DNA from: Thermodesulfovibrio sp.
GTDB lineage: Bacteria > Nitrospirota > Thermodesulfovibrionia > Thermodesulfovibrionales > Dissulfurispiraceae
Direction of reading: 5' to 3'
DNA: 43,155 nucleotides
Assembly: GCA_013824325.1 (NCBI GenBank)
Contig: PNNP01000001.1
Coordinates: forward strand, 1 to 43,155
In this document: piece after piece, positions 15,570-25,718 of the stretch
Layout of the letters: each line of letters opens with the position of its first letter
Position numbering within the stretch: position 1 is the stretch's first letter
Made by a program: the position numbers and the translations under genes
Notes under the pieces: model-generated
Told to the model about the DNA's origin: nothing
Seen by the model: only the letters and a program-made list of their open reading frames with translations
Database searches by the model: none

Positions 15570-16652
15570 ATGCTTTACGAATTACTTTACGGCCTGCATG
15601 ATTATTTTTCTCCATTCAATGTATTCAGATATATAACATTCAGAACTACACTGGCAGCCCTTACAGCTCTTATGGTCACATTTATTATTGCTCCGCATTT
15701 TATAAGATGGCTGAAGAGAATCAGCATGACACAGCAGATAAGGGACGATGGTCCAACAACACATTTATCAAAGGCAGGCACACCCACAATGGGTGGCATC
15801 ATAATATTGATAGCGATTACGGTTTCCATGCTTATGTGGGGAAACTTCAGAAATGCCTATATATGGGTAATGATGATATCCCTGCTGGGCTTTGGTGCAA
15901 TTGGATTTGCAGATGATTATCTCAAGTCTGTTAAAAGAAATCCAAAGGGGATGAAGGCACTTTACAAGTTTGGTGCACAGATGGCTCTTGCATTGATTAT
16001 CTCCATATTTCTCTATGCAAATCCTGCAGACCCGTATACTACTGTGCTGAGTGTTCCCTTTTTTAAGAAGTGGCTTTTTGACCTCGGTCTTTTTTATATA
16101 CCTTTTTCGATTTTTGTTATAGTCGGTTCATCAAATGCTGTAAACCTTACAGACGGTATAGACGGGCTTGCTGTTGGACTTGTTGCCATCGCCACTCTTG
16201 CCAGCGGCGCTCTTACATACCTTTCAGGACATGCTCAATTCGCCAGATATTTGCAGGTTATTTATCTGCCGGGAACCGGGGAACTGACAGTATTCTGCGG
16301 TGCCCTTATCGGCGCTGCACTTGGTTTTTTATGGTATAACGCCTATCCTGCCGAAGTCTTTATGGGAGATGTCGGCTCCCTTGGACTGGGAGGAGCACTT
16401 GGCACACTCGCTGTAATTACTAAGCATGAAATAGTACTGGCTGTGGTAGGAGGCATATTTGTGATAGAGACCATTTCAGTTATTCTGCAGGTTGTATCAT
16501 TCAAGCTTACCGGCAACAGAGTTTTTAAGATGGCTCCTATACATCACCATTTTGAACTGAAGGGATGGTCAGAGCCAAAGGTAATTGTCAGGTTCTGGAT
16601 TATCGGAATAATCCTTGCTTTGTTCAGTCTCGCAACTTTAAAGTTGAGGTGA
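15570..16652 (+). CDS. mraY: phospho-MurNAc-pentapeptide translocase
   Basis: 360 aa polytopic membrane protein. Motifs GTPTMGG, NAVNLTDGIDGLA, GDVGSLGLG and PIHHHFE. Confidence 0.95.
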   Translation: MLYELLYGLHDYFSPFNVFRYITFRTTLAALTALMVTFIIAPHFIRWLKRISMTQQIRDDGPTTHLSKAGTPTMGGIIILIAITVSMLMWGNFRNAYIWVMMISLLGFGAIGFADDYLKSVKRNPKGMKALYKFGAQMALALIISIFLYANPADPYTTVLSVPFFKKWLFDLGLFYIPFSIFVIVGSSNAVNLTDGIDGLAVGLVAIATLASGALTYLSGHAQFARYLQVIYLPGTGELTVFCGALIGAALGFLWYNAYPAEVFMGDVGSLGLGGALGTLAVITKHEIVLAVVGGIFVIETISVILQVVSFKLTGNRVFKMAPIHHHFELKGWSEPKVIVRFWIIGIILALFSLATLKLR

Positions 16653-16655
16653 TTA

Positions 16656-17774
16656 ATGGGACAGCCGCCAGTCGTCAGTTATCAGTCGTCGGCAAAAAAG
16701 ATATTTTTTGTCATAATATTTTTTCTGTTCACCATTCACTGTTCACTATTCACTGCCCATGCCGGTGAAATCTCTGCAAAGGCAGCAGCGGTTATAGATT
16801 CTTCAACTGAAAAAATACTTTTTGCAAAGAATCCCCATTTGAAACTTCTGCCTGCAAGCACAGCTAAACTTATGACAGCGATTGTAGTGCTTGACAAAAT
16901 AAATCCCGAATCAATTTTCACTATCAGCAAAAGGGCTACAGGCGTACCTTCTGTTGCTCCCAGATTAAAAGCCGGTGAAAGATATACTGCAAAAGACCTT
17001 CTGTATCTTGCCCTAATGAGGTCTGTGAACAGTGCTGCTATTGCTCTTGCAGAGGCTGTTGCAGGTTCAGAGGATGCATTTGTCAGAATAATGAATGAGA
17101 AGGCATTTAGTTTGGGCGCTGAGAATACAAGGTTTATAAACGCATCAGGACTGCCGGGACCTGACCAATATATAACCGCCTTTGACCTTGCAAAGATTAT
17201 GAAAGAGTCGCTTAAATATCCCCTGATAAAAGAGATAATTTATACGAGGACATACAGAATTTTCACAACTGAGGGAAGGTGCATTTTTGTAAAAAACACC
17301 AATCTGCTTTTATGGAAGGACGATGAACTCCTCGGCGGAAAGACAGGTTATACAAAAACAGCAAAACACTGTTTTGTCTGCGCTGCTACAAAAGGGAAGC
17401 ATACTTTTATTGCAGTTGTTCTGGGTGAATCTACAAGGGAAAATCTGTGGCAGGATACATCCGCGCTTATATCAAAGGCTAATGAAGTTGTGAGCAAAGA
17501 TGCAGAACCGATGATTTATTTCAGCAGTGTAAGGGAAAACCCTGCACCTCTAACATCATATAATGAACGCAAAACTCCCAAGAAGTATAAAAAAACAGGT
17601 TACAAAAAAATCGGAATGGTTGAACCTGTTGAGAAAAATCGCAGCATAAAAGGTTTCAAGAAATATAAAAAGAAACAGGGCAGCAATGTTGTCGTAGCAG
17701 ATAAAAAGAGGGTAAAGAAGCCTTTGAAAAAAGATCTTACGGCACATAAACAGGGGTTGTCAGAAAAGTCGTAA
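16656..17774 (+). CDS. D-alanyl-D-alanine carboxypeptidase (peptidase S11, PBP5/6-like) with a Lys-rich C-terminal tail
   Basis: Signal peptide present. SxxK (ASTAK), SxN (SVN) and KTG (GGKTGYT) motifs. The ~90-aa C-terminus is very K-rich (KKYKKTGYKK...KKYKKKQ...KKRVKKPLKK). Confidence 0.85.
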   Translation: MGQPPVVSYQSSAKKIFFVIIFFLFTIHCSLFTAHAGEISAKAAAVIDSSTEKILFAKNPHLKLLPASTAKLMTAIVVLDKINPESIFTISKRATGVPSVAPRLKAGERYTAKDLLYLALMRSVNSAAIALAEAVAGSEDAFVRIMNEKAFSLGAENTRFINASGLPGPDQYITAFDLAKIMKESLKYPLIKEIIYTRTYRIFTTEGRCIFVKNTNLLLWKDDELLGGKTGYTKTAKHCFVCAATKGKHTFIAVVLGESTRENLWQDTSALISKANEVVSKDAEPMIYFSSVRENPAPLTSYNERKTPKKYKKTGYKKIGMVEPVEKNRSIKGFKKYKKKQGSNVVVADKKRVKKPLKKDLTAHKQGLSEKS

Positions 17775-17791
17775 GGGACGTGAAATAAATT

Positions 17792-19249
17792 ATGATAACG
17801 GATTTCAAGGGAAAGAAAATTACAGTTGTGGGTCTTGCCAAGAGCGGTGTTGGTGCAGCCAATTTGCTTTCACGTCTTGGCGCCAAAGTTACCGTTACGG
17901 ACATAAAAGGAATAGAAGACGTTCAGACATATCTAAAGAAGCTTAATTCAGGCATTAACCTTGAACTCGGAAACCACCCTTCATGGTTGTTTGATGATGT
18001 TGACCTTATTGTTATTAGTCCCGGTGTTTCTTTGGATAACTCTCCATTCAAGGTTGCAGCGGAGAAGGGGATAAGGGTAATCGGGGAACTGGAACTGGCA
18101 TATCAGGTGATAAAGCAGGATACGGGATACAGTCCGTCTCGGGCGGATCAGGATTCAGGATTAAAAATACAGAAACCTGAATTTCTGTCTGTAACCGGCA
18201 CTAATGGAAAGTCAACAACTACCGCCCTGCTTGATGAAATGCTTAAAAATGGCGGGTTTAATACCATCCTGTGCGGCAATATAGGCCCTGCTATTACAGA
18301 TGAAATTATGAAATACGGATTCAAAGTACAGGATGCTCAATTCAGCAAAAAGATTGATTACATTGTTACAGAGGTGTCGAGCTTTCAACTCGAAACCATT
18401 GACAGTTTTAGGCCGAAAGGGTCAACAATATTGAATATAACGCCTGATCATCTTGACAGATATCATCTAATGGATAGATATATTGATGCTAAATGCAGAA
18501 TATTTTTGAATCAGGAGGCAGATGATTTTATTGTATTGAATGCCGACGACCCGTATACAAAGAAAATCGAAAAAGAAAAATTAAAAACAAAGAATAATCC
18601 TCCGCGGATATTTTACTTCAGCAGGCAGAAAGAAGTTAAGGGGGCATATTACAAAGATGATGTTATCCATTTCAATATCCCGGACATAGCGGAATCCTTT
18701 CCCCTTAATCACGAATCCTTCAGAATCAAGGGAGTTCATAATATTGAAAATGCCATGGCAGCATCAATTATGGCTTTGCTGTGCGGTTGTAATATCGATG
18801 CAATATCCGACACTCTGAAAACTTTCCCTGGACTTGAACACAGACTTGAATTTGTACGTGAGATAGATGGCATACAGTTCATAAATGATTCGAAAGGTAC
18901 AAATGTGGGCGCTGTTATGAAGTCCCTTGAAAGTTTTAACAATCCTGTAGTACTGATAGCAGGAGGAAGGGATAAGGACAGTGATTTTTCCATCTTAAAA
19001 CCGCTTGTTAAGGATAAGGTAAAGGCACTTATACTTATTGGAGAAGCCAGAGATAAAATCAGAAAGGCAGTGGGAGGAGTCACAGAGGTTTTTGTGGAAA
19101 ATGATTTTAAATCTGCGGTATTGAGAGCAAAATCTGTGGCTGCAGCAGGCGATGTGGTTCTCCTGTCGCCTGCCTGTGCCAGTTTCGATATGTTTAAAAA
19201 TTTTGAGGACAGGGGCAGACAATTCAAAAAACTGGTGACGGGAATATGA
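17792..19249 (+). CDS. murD: UDP-MurNAc-L-Ala:D-Glu ligase
   Basis: 485 aa. N-terminal Rossmann GLAKSGVGAA, P-loop VTGTNGKSTT, plus NITPDHLDRY and NDSKGTN. Has an extra ~20-aa segment before the P-loop. Confidence 0.95.
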   Translation: MITDFKGKKITVVGLAKSGVGAANLLSRLGAKVTVTDIKGIEDVQTYLKKLNSGINLELGNHPSWLFDDVDLIVISPGVSLDNSPFKVAAEKGIRVIGELELAYQVIKQDTGYSPSRADQDSGLKIQKPEFLSVTGTNGKSTTTALLDEMLKNGGFNTILCGNIGPAITDEIMKYGFKVQDAQFSKKIDYIVTEVSSFQLETIDSFRPKGSTILNITPDHLDRYHLMDRYIDAKCRIFLNQEADDFIVLNADDPYTKKIEKEKLKTKNNPPRIFYFSRQKEVKGAYYKDDVIHFNIPDIAESFPLNHESFRIKGVHNIENAMAASIMALLCGCNIDAISDTLKTFPGLEHRLEFVREIDGIQFINDSKGTNVGAVMKSLESFNNPVVLIAGGRDKDSDFSILKPLVKDKVKALILIGEARDKIRKAVGGVTEVFVENDFKSAVLRAKSVAAAGDVVLLSPACASFDMFKNFEDRGRQFKKLVTGI

Positions 19250-20532
19250 ACCAGCAGTATGACAGACTGATATTGGTTATCGTTGTTTTTCTTATTCTTA
19301 TCGGGCTGATGGCTGTATATAGTTCCACCTCTGTAATTTCTCCTGATGTTGTGGAGAAATTACAGAAAAAAGGTGCGGTAGTAAGTCAATTCGGTTTTGT
19401 CAAAAAACAGTTATTTACCGTGCTGCTGGGAATGATTGCCATGTTTATCGCCTGTAAAATTCCTCTAAAATATTTGCGGAAGATGGCAATCCCCCTGCTT
19501 GTTCTATCTCTTGTCTGTCTTTTGCTTGTCTTTACACAATTTGGAATCAGTGCCGGAGGTGCAAGAAGATGGCTCAGGTTATGGCCCTCGACTTTTCAAC
19601 CCTCGGAACTTGTGAAATTGTCCATGGTTGTGTTTTTGGCATGGTTCATAAGCAGGTCATATTTCAAAAAAGACAGCTTTGTATCTTTCATCATACCTAT
19701 CAGCATAATGGCAGTATTTCAGGTTATATTTTTGAAACAGCCTGATTTCGGTGCTGTCATGAGCCTTGCCCTTCTCACAATATCATTGCTGTTTATATCA
19801 GGGATAAAATTGCGCTATTTGCTTTCACTGGGAGCCCTGAGTATACCTATTATTATCAAGTTAATATCGGAGCCTTACCGCTGGAAAAGAGTTACAGCCT
19901 TTATTGACCCATGGAAAGACTCTCAGGGTAGTGGCTTTCAGCTTGTTCAATCATTTATAGCGCTTGGCAGCGGAGGCATCAGAGGGGTAGGCCTCGGAGA
20001 AAGCAAACAGAAACTTTCGTTCCTGCCCGAGGTGCACACAGATTTTATATTTTCCCTGATAGGCGAGGAAGTGGGTTTCATCGGTGCGGCTTTTGTTGTA
20101 CTTCTTTTCATGATACTCTTTCTTCGCGGTATTGCCATAACCCGCAAGATAAAAGACCCGTTTGCATATTATCTTGCTTTTGGAATATCAATAATGATAG
20201 CAATTCAGGCGGTCATCAATTTTGCTGTTGTTACGGGCATGGTCCCGACAAAAGGGCTCCCTCTGCCGTTTATCAGTTACGGCGGCTCTTCATTGATTGT
20301 GAATATGATTGCCATCGGGTTGCTGCTGAATATTTCAAGAATGACCGGACATAAGGCAGATGATCAGGAAAAGGAGTTCATCGACAGTGATAATCCGGAA
20401 GACAGAGATTTTTCGGCGGATAAACAAAGGCTGTTAAACATCAGCCGCTATTCAAAATGGAGCAAAGGGTATGGATATAGCCGTTACAATAAAAACCTTT
20501 TAACAAACTGTGAATTATCCGGGCACAGGTGA
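19246..20532 (+). CDS. ftsW: peptidoglycan glycosyltransferase FtsW (SEDS family)
   Basis: 428 aa, ~10 TM helices. SEDS motifs RWL..G....QPSE, LPE.HTDFIF and KGLPLPFISYGGSS. Has a ~60-aa hydrophilic C-terminal extension. Confidence 0.9.
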   Translation: MNQQYDRLILVIVVFLILIGLMAVYSSTSVISPDVVEKLQKKGAVVSQFGFVKKQLFTVLLGMIAMFIACKIPLKYLRKMAIPLLVLSLVCLLLVFTQFGISAGGARRWLRLWPSTFQPSELVKLSMVVFLAWFISRSYFKKDSFVSFIIPISIMAVFQVIFLKQPDFGAVMSLALLTISLLFISGIKLRYLLSLGALSIPIIIKLISEPYRWKRVTAFIDPWKDSQGSGFQLVQSFIALGSGGIRGVGLGESKQKLSFLPEVHTDFIFSLIGEEVGFIGAAFVVLLFMILFLRGIAITRKIKDPFAYYLAFGISIMIAIQAVINFAVVTGMVPTKGLPLPFISYGGSSLIVNMIAIGLLLNISRMTGHKADDQEKEFIDSDNPEDRDFSADKQRLLNISRYSKWSKGYGYSRYNKNLLTNCELSGHR

Positions 20533-21629
20533 TGAAGGTAATAATCGCAGGCGGAGGAACCGGAGGACATGTCTTTCCCGGCATTGCCGTAGCAGATGAA
20601 TTTAAAGAGAGGGGCTTATCAAGAGAGTTATTTTTTGTCGGGACAGAACATGGAATAGAGGCAAAGGTTGTTCCCCGTGAAGGCTACAACATAAAGTTTT
20701 TAAAGGCAGAGGGGTTAGTCGGAAAATCCTTTTTTAAAAAAATTAAGGCTTTATTTACATTTTTTCTGTCTTTTCTAGGTTCACGCCGGATACTTAAATA
20801 TATCAAGCCGGATATTGTTATCGGCGTAGGCGGCTATGCATCTGTCGGTATGGTTCTATCAGCCCATTTTAAAGGTATTCCCACGATGATACTCGAACAA
20901 AACTCCGTGCCCGGCTTTGCAAATAGGTTTCTTGGCAGGTTTGTGAATGCGATAGCTGCAACCTATCAGGAGAGTTTATCTTTTTTCCCTAAGGAAAAGA
21001 CCTATCTGACAGGGAACCCTGTCAGAAAAAAAATATTAAAGAGGGATGAGCATACAGCTTTTTCTGTATTCCCGCTGAAGAAGGGTGTTTTTACTGTATT
21101 TGTATTCGGAGGCAGCAGAGGTGCAAGAAAAATAAATTATTCGATGATTGACGCATTGAATTACCTTCTTGATTTGAGACAAAATATTCAGATTCTTCAT
21201 CAGACAGGTGAAAGTGATTATGAAAAAGTGATGGGGGCATACAGAAAACTTGATTTTCAGGGCATCGTGGTGCCGTTTATATACCAGATGGCAGAGGCAT
21301 ATACAGTGGCTGATATTGTAATTTGCAGAGCAGGGGCTACAACACTTTCAGAGATTACAGCAATCGGAAAGCCTGCCATTTTAATACCGTATCCGTTTGC
21401 AGCTGGAAATCATCAGGAATACAATGCAAGGAAACTGGAAGACATGGGTGCTGCTAAAATGGTGCTTGACAGGGATTTAAACGGAGAGATACTGGCAAAG
21501 GCTATCAGGGAGCTTTATAATGACGAAAAATTACGAAGAGAGATGCAGAGGGCTGCAGCTGCCTTTGGCAAGATTGATGCAGCGGAAAAGATTGTAAATT
21601 TAGCGGAAAGTCTGGTAAAGAAGGAGTAA
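20529..21629 (+). CDS. murG: UDP-GlcNAc:lipid I GlcNAc transferase
   Basis: 366 aa. Motifs GGGTGGHVFPG and RAGATTLSE...G.P.ILIP......HQ..NA. The ATG at 20532 (TGATG overlap with the ftsW stop) is the likelier start than GTG 20529. Confidence 0.95.
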   Translation: MMKVIIAGGGTGGHVFPGIAVADEFKERGLSRELFFVGTEHGIEAKVVPREGYNIKFLKAEGLVGKSFFKKIKALFTFFLSFLGSRRILKYIKPDIVIGVGGYASVGMVLSAHFKGIPTMILEQNSVPGFANRFLGRFVNAIAATYQESLSFFPKEKTYLTGNPVRKKILKRDEHTAFSVFPLKKGVFTVFVFGGSRGARKINYSMIDALNYLLDLRQNIQILHQTGESDYEKVMGAYRKLDFQGIVVPFIYQMAEAYTVADIVICRAGATTLSEITAIGKPAILIPYPFAAGNHQEYNARKLEDMGAAKMVLDRDLNGEILAKAIRELYNDEKLRREMQRAAAAFGKIDAAEKIVNLAESLVKKE

Positions 21630-23000
21630 TTGATGTTTAACAAATACAGGGTGATACATTTTGTCGGTATCGGCGGAGTCGGCATGAGCGGGATTGCAGA
21701 AGTTCTGCATAATCTCGGATATGAAGTTACCGGTTCCGACCTCAGGGAATCGGATACAACTGAGAGATTGAAGAATTTAGGTGTAAAGGTTCCCATAGGC
21801 CATGACAGCAGGAATATAGGCCGCGCACATGTAGTTGTCATATCTTCTGCAGTTTCATCAGATAATCCCGAGGTTATAGAAGCAAAAAGAAAGCTTATAC
21901 CTGTGATTCCAAGGGCGGAAATGCTTGCTGAGCTTGGCAGGCTGAAATATGGAATACTTGTTGCAGGCGCACATGGAAAGACAACTACAACTTCTCTTAT
22001 AGCCACCATACTCGGAGAGGGGGGGCTGGACCCCACGGTTGTCATAGGCGGTAAGCTCAAGGCAACAGGGAGCAATGCAAAACTCGGACAGGGTGAATTT
22101 CTTGTAGCAGAAGCAGATGAAAGTGACGGTTCTTTTTTGAAGCTGAGCCCCACCATCGCTGTTATAACTAATATTGATAAGGAGCATATGGATTTTTTCA
22201 AGGATATAAAAACATTGAAAGAAGCGTTTTTAGCATTTATTAACAAGATTCCGTTTTATGGTATTGCCGTCGTCTGCAGGGAGAATATTCATACACAGGA
22301 AATCATTCCTTTGATAGAAAGAAGGATGCTGACCTACGGGCTGTCAAAGGATTCAGATGTTTATGCAAGGAATATCAGATATTCCGATTCGAAAATGAAT
22401 TTTGAGGCAGTATTAAAAGGAGAGTCCATCGGCACTTTCACCATTCCCATTCCGGGTGTGCATAATGTGCTGAACAGCCTTGCAGCAATAGCAACTGCCA
22501 TGGAATTACAAATCCCTGTCAGCAGTATATCTAAGGCATTGGGCAATTTCAGCGGCATTCAGCGCAGGTTTGAATTTAAAGGAGAGGCAAGGGGTATAAA
22601 AATTTTTGACGATTACGGGCATCATCCTGCTGAAATAAAAGCTGTCCTGAAGGCAGCCGGAGAGTCTTTCAATAAACAGCGTCTTTTTGTCCTGTTCCAG
22701 CCCCACAGATATACAAGGACAAGGGATCTTATGGATGAGTTTGCAGAGAGCTTTGGTGATGCCGACAGGTTATTTTTAATGGACATTTACCCTGCAGGGC
22801 AGCAGCCGATAGAGGGAGTTAATTCAGAGAATCTTCTTAAAAAAATAAAAGAAGCTGGGTTTAAGGATGCAGTTTATCTTTCCGACAGGTCTGAAATTAT
22901 TGCGAGGCTGGCATCTGAATTAAAAGCAGGCGATGTGTTAATCACTCTTGGAGCCGGTGATGTGTATAAAATCGGGGAAGAGCTATTAAAGACATTATGA
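21630..23000 (+). CDS. murC: UDP-MurNAc:L-alanine ligase
   Basis: 456 aa. Motifs HFVGIGGVGMSGIAE, GAHGKTTTTSL and DDYGHHPAEI. The start is either TTG 21630 or ATG 21633. Confidence 0.95.
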   Translation: MMFNKYRVIHFVGIGGVGMSGIAEVLHNLGYEVTGSDLRESDTTERLKNLGVKVPIGHDSRNIGRAHVVVISSAVSSDNPEVIEAKRKLIPVIPRAEMLAELGRLKYGILVAGAHGKTTTTSLIATILGEGGLDPTVVIGGKLKATGSNAKLGQGEFLVAEADESDGSFLKLSPTIAVITNIDKEHMDFFKDIKTLKEAFLAFINKIPFYGIAVVCRENIHTQEIIPLIERRMLTYGLSKDSDVYARNIRYSDSKMNFEAVLKGESIGTFTIPIPGVHNVLNSLAAIATAMELQIPVSSISKALGNFSGIQRRFEFKGEARGIKIFDDYGHHPAEIKAVLKAAGESFNKQRLFVLFQPHRYTRTRDLMDEFAESFGDADRLFLMDIYPAGQQPIEGVNSENLLKKIKEAGFKDAVYLSDRSEIIARLASELKAGDVLITLGAGDVYKIGEELLKTL

Positions 23001-23908
23001 GATATGCTGAATTAAAGGAATACTGTGTTTCAAATAACATTGCTGTCAGGTTCAATGAGCCGATGGCAGAGCATACATCACTGAAAATCGGCGGTCCCGC
23101 AGGTATAGCAATATTCCCCGATGAAACTGCCTTTGCAGGCATTATAAAAATGCTTCTGCATGAAGGGATACCCCATGTTGTTGTCGGCAACTGTACAAAT
23201 ATATTGATAGAGGACACAGGGGTAGAGGGTGCAGTGATTTTTACGCATAAAATAAACGCTGTCAGTTCTGTTGGTGAAGATGGAAGCATCTCGGTGCAGT
23301 CAGGCTGTGCACTTCAAAAGATTATCAGTCTGTGCGTCGAGCATGGCTTTACTGGAATGGAAGGGCTTGCAGGTATCCCTGGTTCTGTGGGAGGTGCAAT
23401 AGCAGGAAATGCAGGTTCTTTCGGATATGAAATAAAGGATGTAATAACATCTGTTGATGTATTGACACCGGCCGGCGATGAAAGAAATGTTTCAGGGCAG
23501 GAGATTGGCTTTGAGTACAGAAATTCGCACCTGCCGTTAGATTCAATTATTATAAATGCAAATATATCACTTAAACCGGATGACCCCTATGATATTAAAA
23601 AAAAAGTTGACGGATTTATTGCTGAAAAAAAATTAAAACAGCCGGTGTCAAAGCATACTGCGGGCTGTGTTTTTAAAAATCCGTTACATGGTTCTGCTGG
23701 AAAACTTATAGATGAGGCAGGATGTAAGGGCATGAGAGCTGGCGGTATAGAGGTCAGCATCCTGCATGCAAATTTTTTAATAAACACAGGGGGAGGAACA
23801 GCAGGTGATTTTTTAAAGCTTATGGATATTATTGGCAGCAGGGTAAAAGATAGATTTGGAGTAATTCTTGAACCCGAGATAAAGATTATTGGAAGGGGCA
23901 GACTGTAA
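22997..23908 (+). CDS. murB: UDP-N-acetylenolpyruvoylglucosamine reductase
   Basis: 303 aa. FAD-binding PCMH-type N-terminus (TSLKIGGPA, GNCTNIL, GIPGSVGGAI), with C-terminal AGCVFKNP and EPEI. Confidence 0.9.
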   Translation: MRYAELKEYCVSNNIAVRFNEPMAEHTSLKIGGPAGIAIFPDETAFAGIIKMLLHEGIPHVVVGNCTNILIEDTGVEGAVIFTHKINAVSSVGEDGSISVQSGCALQKIISLCVEHGFTGMEGLAGIPGSVGGAIAGNAGSFGYEIKDVITSVDVLTPAGDERNVSGQEIGFEYRNSHLPLDSIIINANISLKPDDPYDIKKKVDGFIAEKKLKQPVSKHTAGCVFKNPLHGSAGKLIDEAGCKGMRAGGIEVSILHANFLINTGGGTAGDFLKLMDIIGSRVKDRFGVILEPEIKIIGRGRL

Positions 23909-23935
23909 TGGAATTGCTGAAGGAGTTGCAAATTT

Positions 23936-24898
23936 ATGATAACCAATAAACGCATAGGGGTGCTTGCCGGCGGCATATCTGCCGAGAGGGAGGTTTCACT
24001 CAAAAGCGGAAATGCTGTTTATAAGGCTCTTCTGGGACTTGGATATAATGCAGTTTTAATTGATGCAGCAGAAAATCTGTATGAATCTTTGAAAACCAAA
24101 GGCATTAAGATTGCTTTTATAGCCCTGCACGGAGGATATGGTGAAAATGGTGCTGTACAGGGCTTTCTTGAAGTCATGGGTATTCCATATACAGGCTCCG
24201 GTGTTTTAGCATCAGCACTTGCTATGGATAAGGAAGCATCAAAGAAGATGTTCATGTATCACGGCGTACCTGTTCCGCCATTTAAAGTGATAAATTTGGA
24301 GTTATTATCCGGAGTTAAACCTTCGGTTAGTAGCCTTTGGTCTTTATCTGTTGATTTCCCTCTGCCGTGGGTTATTAAACCTGTCGCTGAAGGTTCGAGC
24401 ATCGGCGTCAGTATAGTGAAGAATGATAATGAGATAGCCGATGCCATAAAACTCGCATCCTCTTATGGGGAAAAGATAATCACAGAAAAGTACATTAAAG
24501 GGAAGGAGATACAGATTGGTATTCTCGGACAGAGGGTTTTAGGGGGCGTTGAAGTAAGGCCATCGCGGGAATTCTACAATTATGAAGCTAAATATACACC
24601 CGGTCTTACCCGGTATATACTGCCGCCGGAGGTGGATGATTTAACTTATGATTTGCTTAAGACAACCGGGTTAATGGCACATAATGCGCTCGGATGCTCC
24701 GGTGCTACAAGGGTTGACCTCATACTTGATGAGCAAGGCAAAACATATGCCCTCGAAGTGAATACAATTCCCGGCATGACAGAGACAAGTCTTCTCCCCA
24801 AGATAGCAGGGCTTGCAGGCATGGGGTTTCCCGAACTCATTGAGGAAATGCTCGGATTAACATTAGAAAGCCGGCAGAGGATTGCCGGCAGTCAGTAA
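23936..24898 (+). CDS. ddl: D-alanine--D-alanine ligase
   Basis: 320 aa ATP-grasp protein. Motifs [29 protein letters not shown] and [17 protein letters not shown]. Confidence 0.95.
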   Translation: MITNKRIGVLAGGISAEREVSLKSGNAVYKALLGLGYNAVLIDAAENLYESLKTKGIKIAFIALHGGYGENGAVQGFLEVMGIPYTGSGVLASALAMDKEASKKMFMYHGVPVPPFKVINLELLSGVKPSVSSLWSLSVDFPLPWVIKPVAEGSSIGVSIVKNDNEIADAIKLASSYGEKIITEKYIKGKEIQIGILGQRVLGGVEVRPSREFYNYEAKYTPGLTRYILPPEVDDLTYDLLKTTGLMAHNALGCSGATRVDLILDEQGKTYALEVNTIPGMTETSLLPKIAGLAGMGFPELIEEMLGLTLESRQRIAGSQ

Positions 24899-24917
24899 TT
24901 AGAATGAATTTTAAGGA

Positions 24918-25718
24918 TTGATGAATACCAGAAATATCAGGACATTGCAGAGGAATAAGGCAAAAAAGAGGATAGCATTAATTGTTATTCTCTTTTTTCT
25001 TTTTCTATGTATTGTTTTTGGAATATATTTCTTTGCAACGAACTATATGCCTGTGAGAGAGATAGTATTTATTAATAACCGCCATCTTAGCAATGAAGAA
25101 CTGAAATTACTGGTAAATGTCAGAAAGAATGACGGACTTTTCAGTGTTTCAAATAGCGAGATTTATCATAGACTCAAAAAATCTCCGTGGATAAAAGACG
25201 CAGTTATACGGAAGGAACTGTCCGGCAGGATTTTAATAGATGTTATAGAAGCGGTCCCTTTTGCAATCCTGAGCCTGTCCGGCATACCTTATCTTGTAAG
25301 CAAGGATGGCGTGATTCTCGAACAGATGAAAGAAGGAACAGTCTTGTTCCTGCCTGTTATAAAAGATATTGCTCCTGATAAGAACAGAGATGCCTATGAG
25401 GAGGCGCTCAAGTTTATAAGTGTGCTTAATGACAAAATGGATTTATCCTCCAAGGGAAACATCGAAATAACCGGACCGAGACCGGAGGATATAGCATTTA
25501 ATATTGATAATATATCCGTAAAAATAGGCAACGGAAATTTTGATGAAAAAATGGAAAAACTGAAATTTGTGATGGCTGAAATAGAAAAAAGAAATATGCT
25601 GGTTGAGTCAATAGATTTGAGATTTGCAAACAGGGTAATTATAAAACCTGTGCGTCAGGAATCACGTGCTGAACAAACAGAGATGGAAAATGGCAGCAGA
25701 AAAAAGAAAAAGAAATAA
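24918..25718 (+). CDS. ftsQ: cell division protein FtsQ (POTRA + FtsQ domain)
   Basis: 266 aa. Basic N-terminus, one TM helix, then a POTRA-like segment (VREIVFINNRHLSNEEL). Located between ddl and ftsA. K-rich C-terminus overlaps the ftsA start. Confidence 0.8.
   Translation: MMNTRNIRTLQRNKAKKRIALIVILFFLFLCIVFGIYFFATNYMPVREIVFINNRHLSNEELKLLVNVRKNDGLFSVSNSEIYHRLKKSPWIKDAVIRKELSGRILIDVIEAVPFAILSLSGIPYLVSKDGVILEQMKEGTVLFLPVIKDIAPDKNRDAYEEALKFISVLNDKMDLSSKGNIEITGPRPEDIAFNIDNISVKIGNGNFDEKMEKLKFVMAEIEKRNMLVESIDLRFANRVIIKPVRQESRAEQTEMENGSRKKKKK

Noticed and set aside
16728-16755. Degenerate tandem TTCAC(C/T)-ATTCACTG-TTCACT-ATTCACTG repeat.
   Set aside because: It lies inside the signal-peptide coding part of the DD-carboxypeptidase (FTIHCSLFTAHA). 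It is short and imperfect, so this is low-complexity coding sequence rather than a regulatory or mobile repeat.
21515-22246. 243-aa ORF antisense to murG/murC. Similar long antisense ORFs occur at 35830..36540, 18736..19227, 4992..5483 and 12503..12889.
   Set aside because: All lie opposite strongly supported conserved genes. They are Ser/Pro/Leu-rich with no motifs and no SD. They are typical shadow ORFs generated by the RNY bias of the sense strand.
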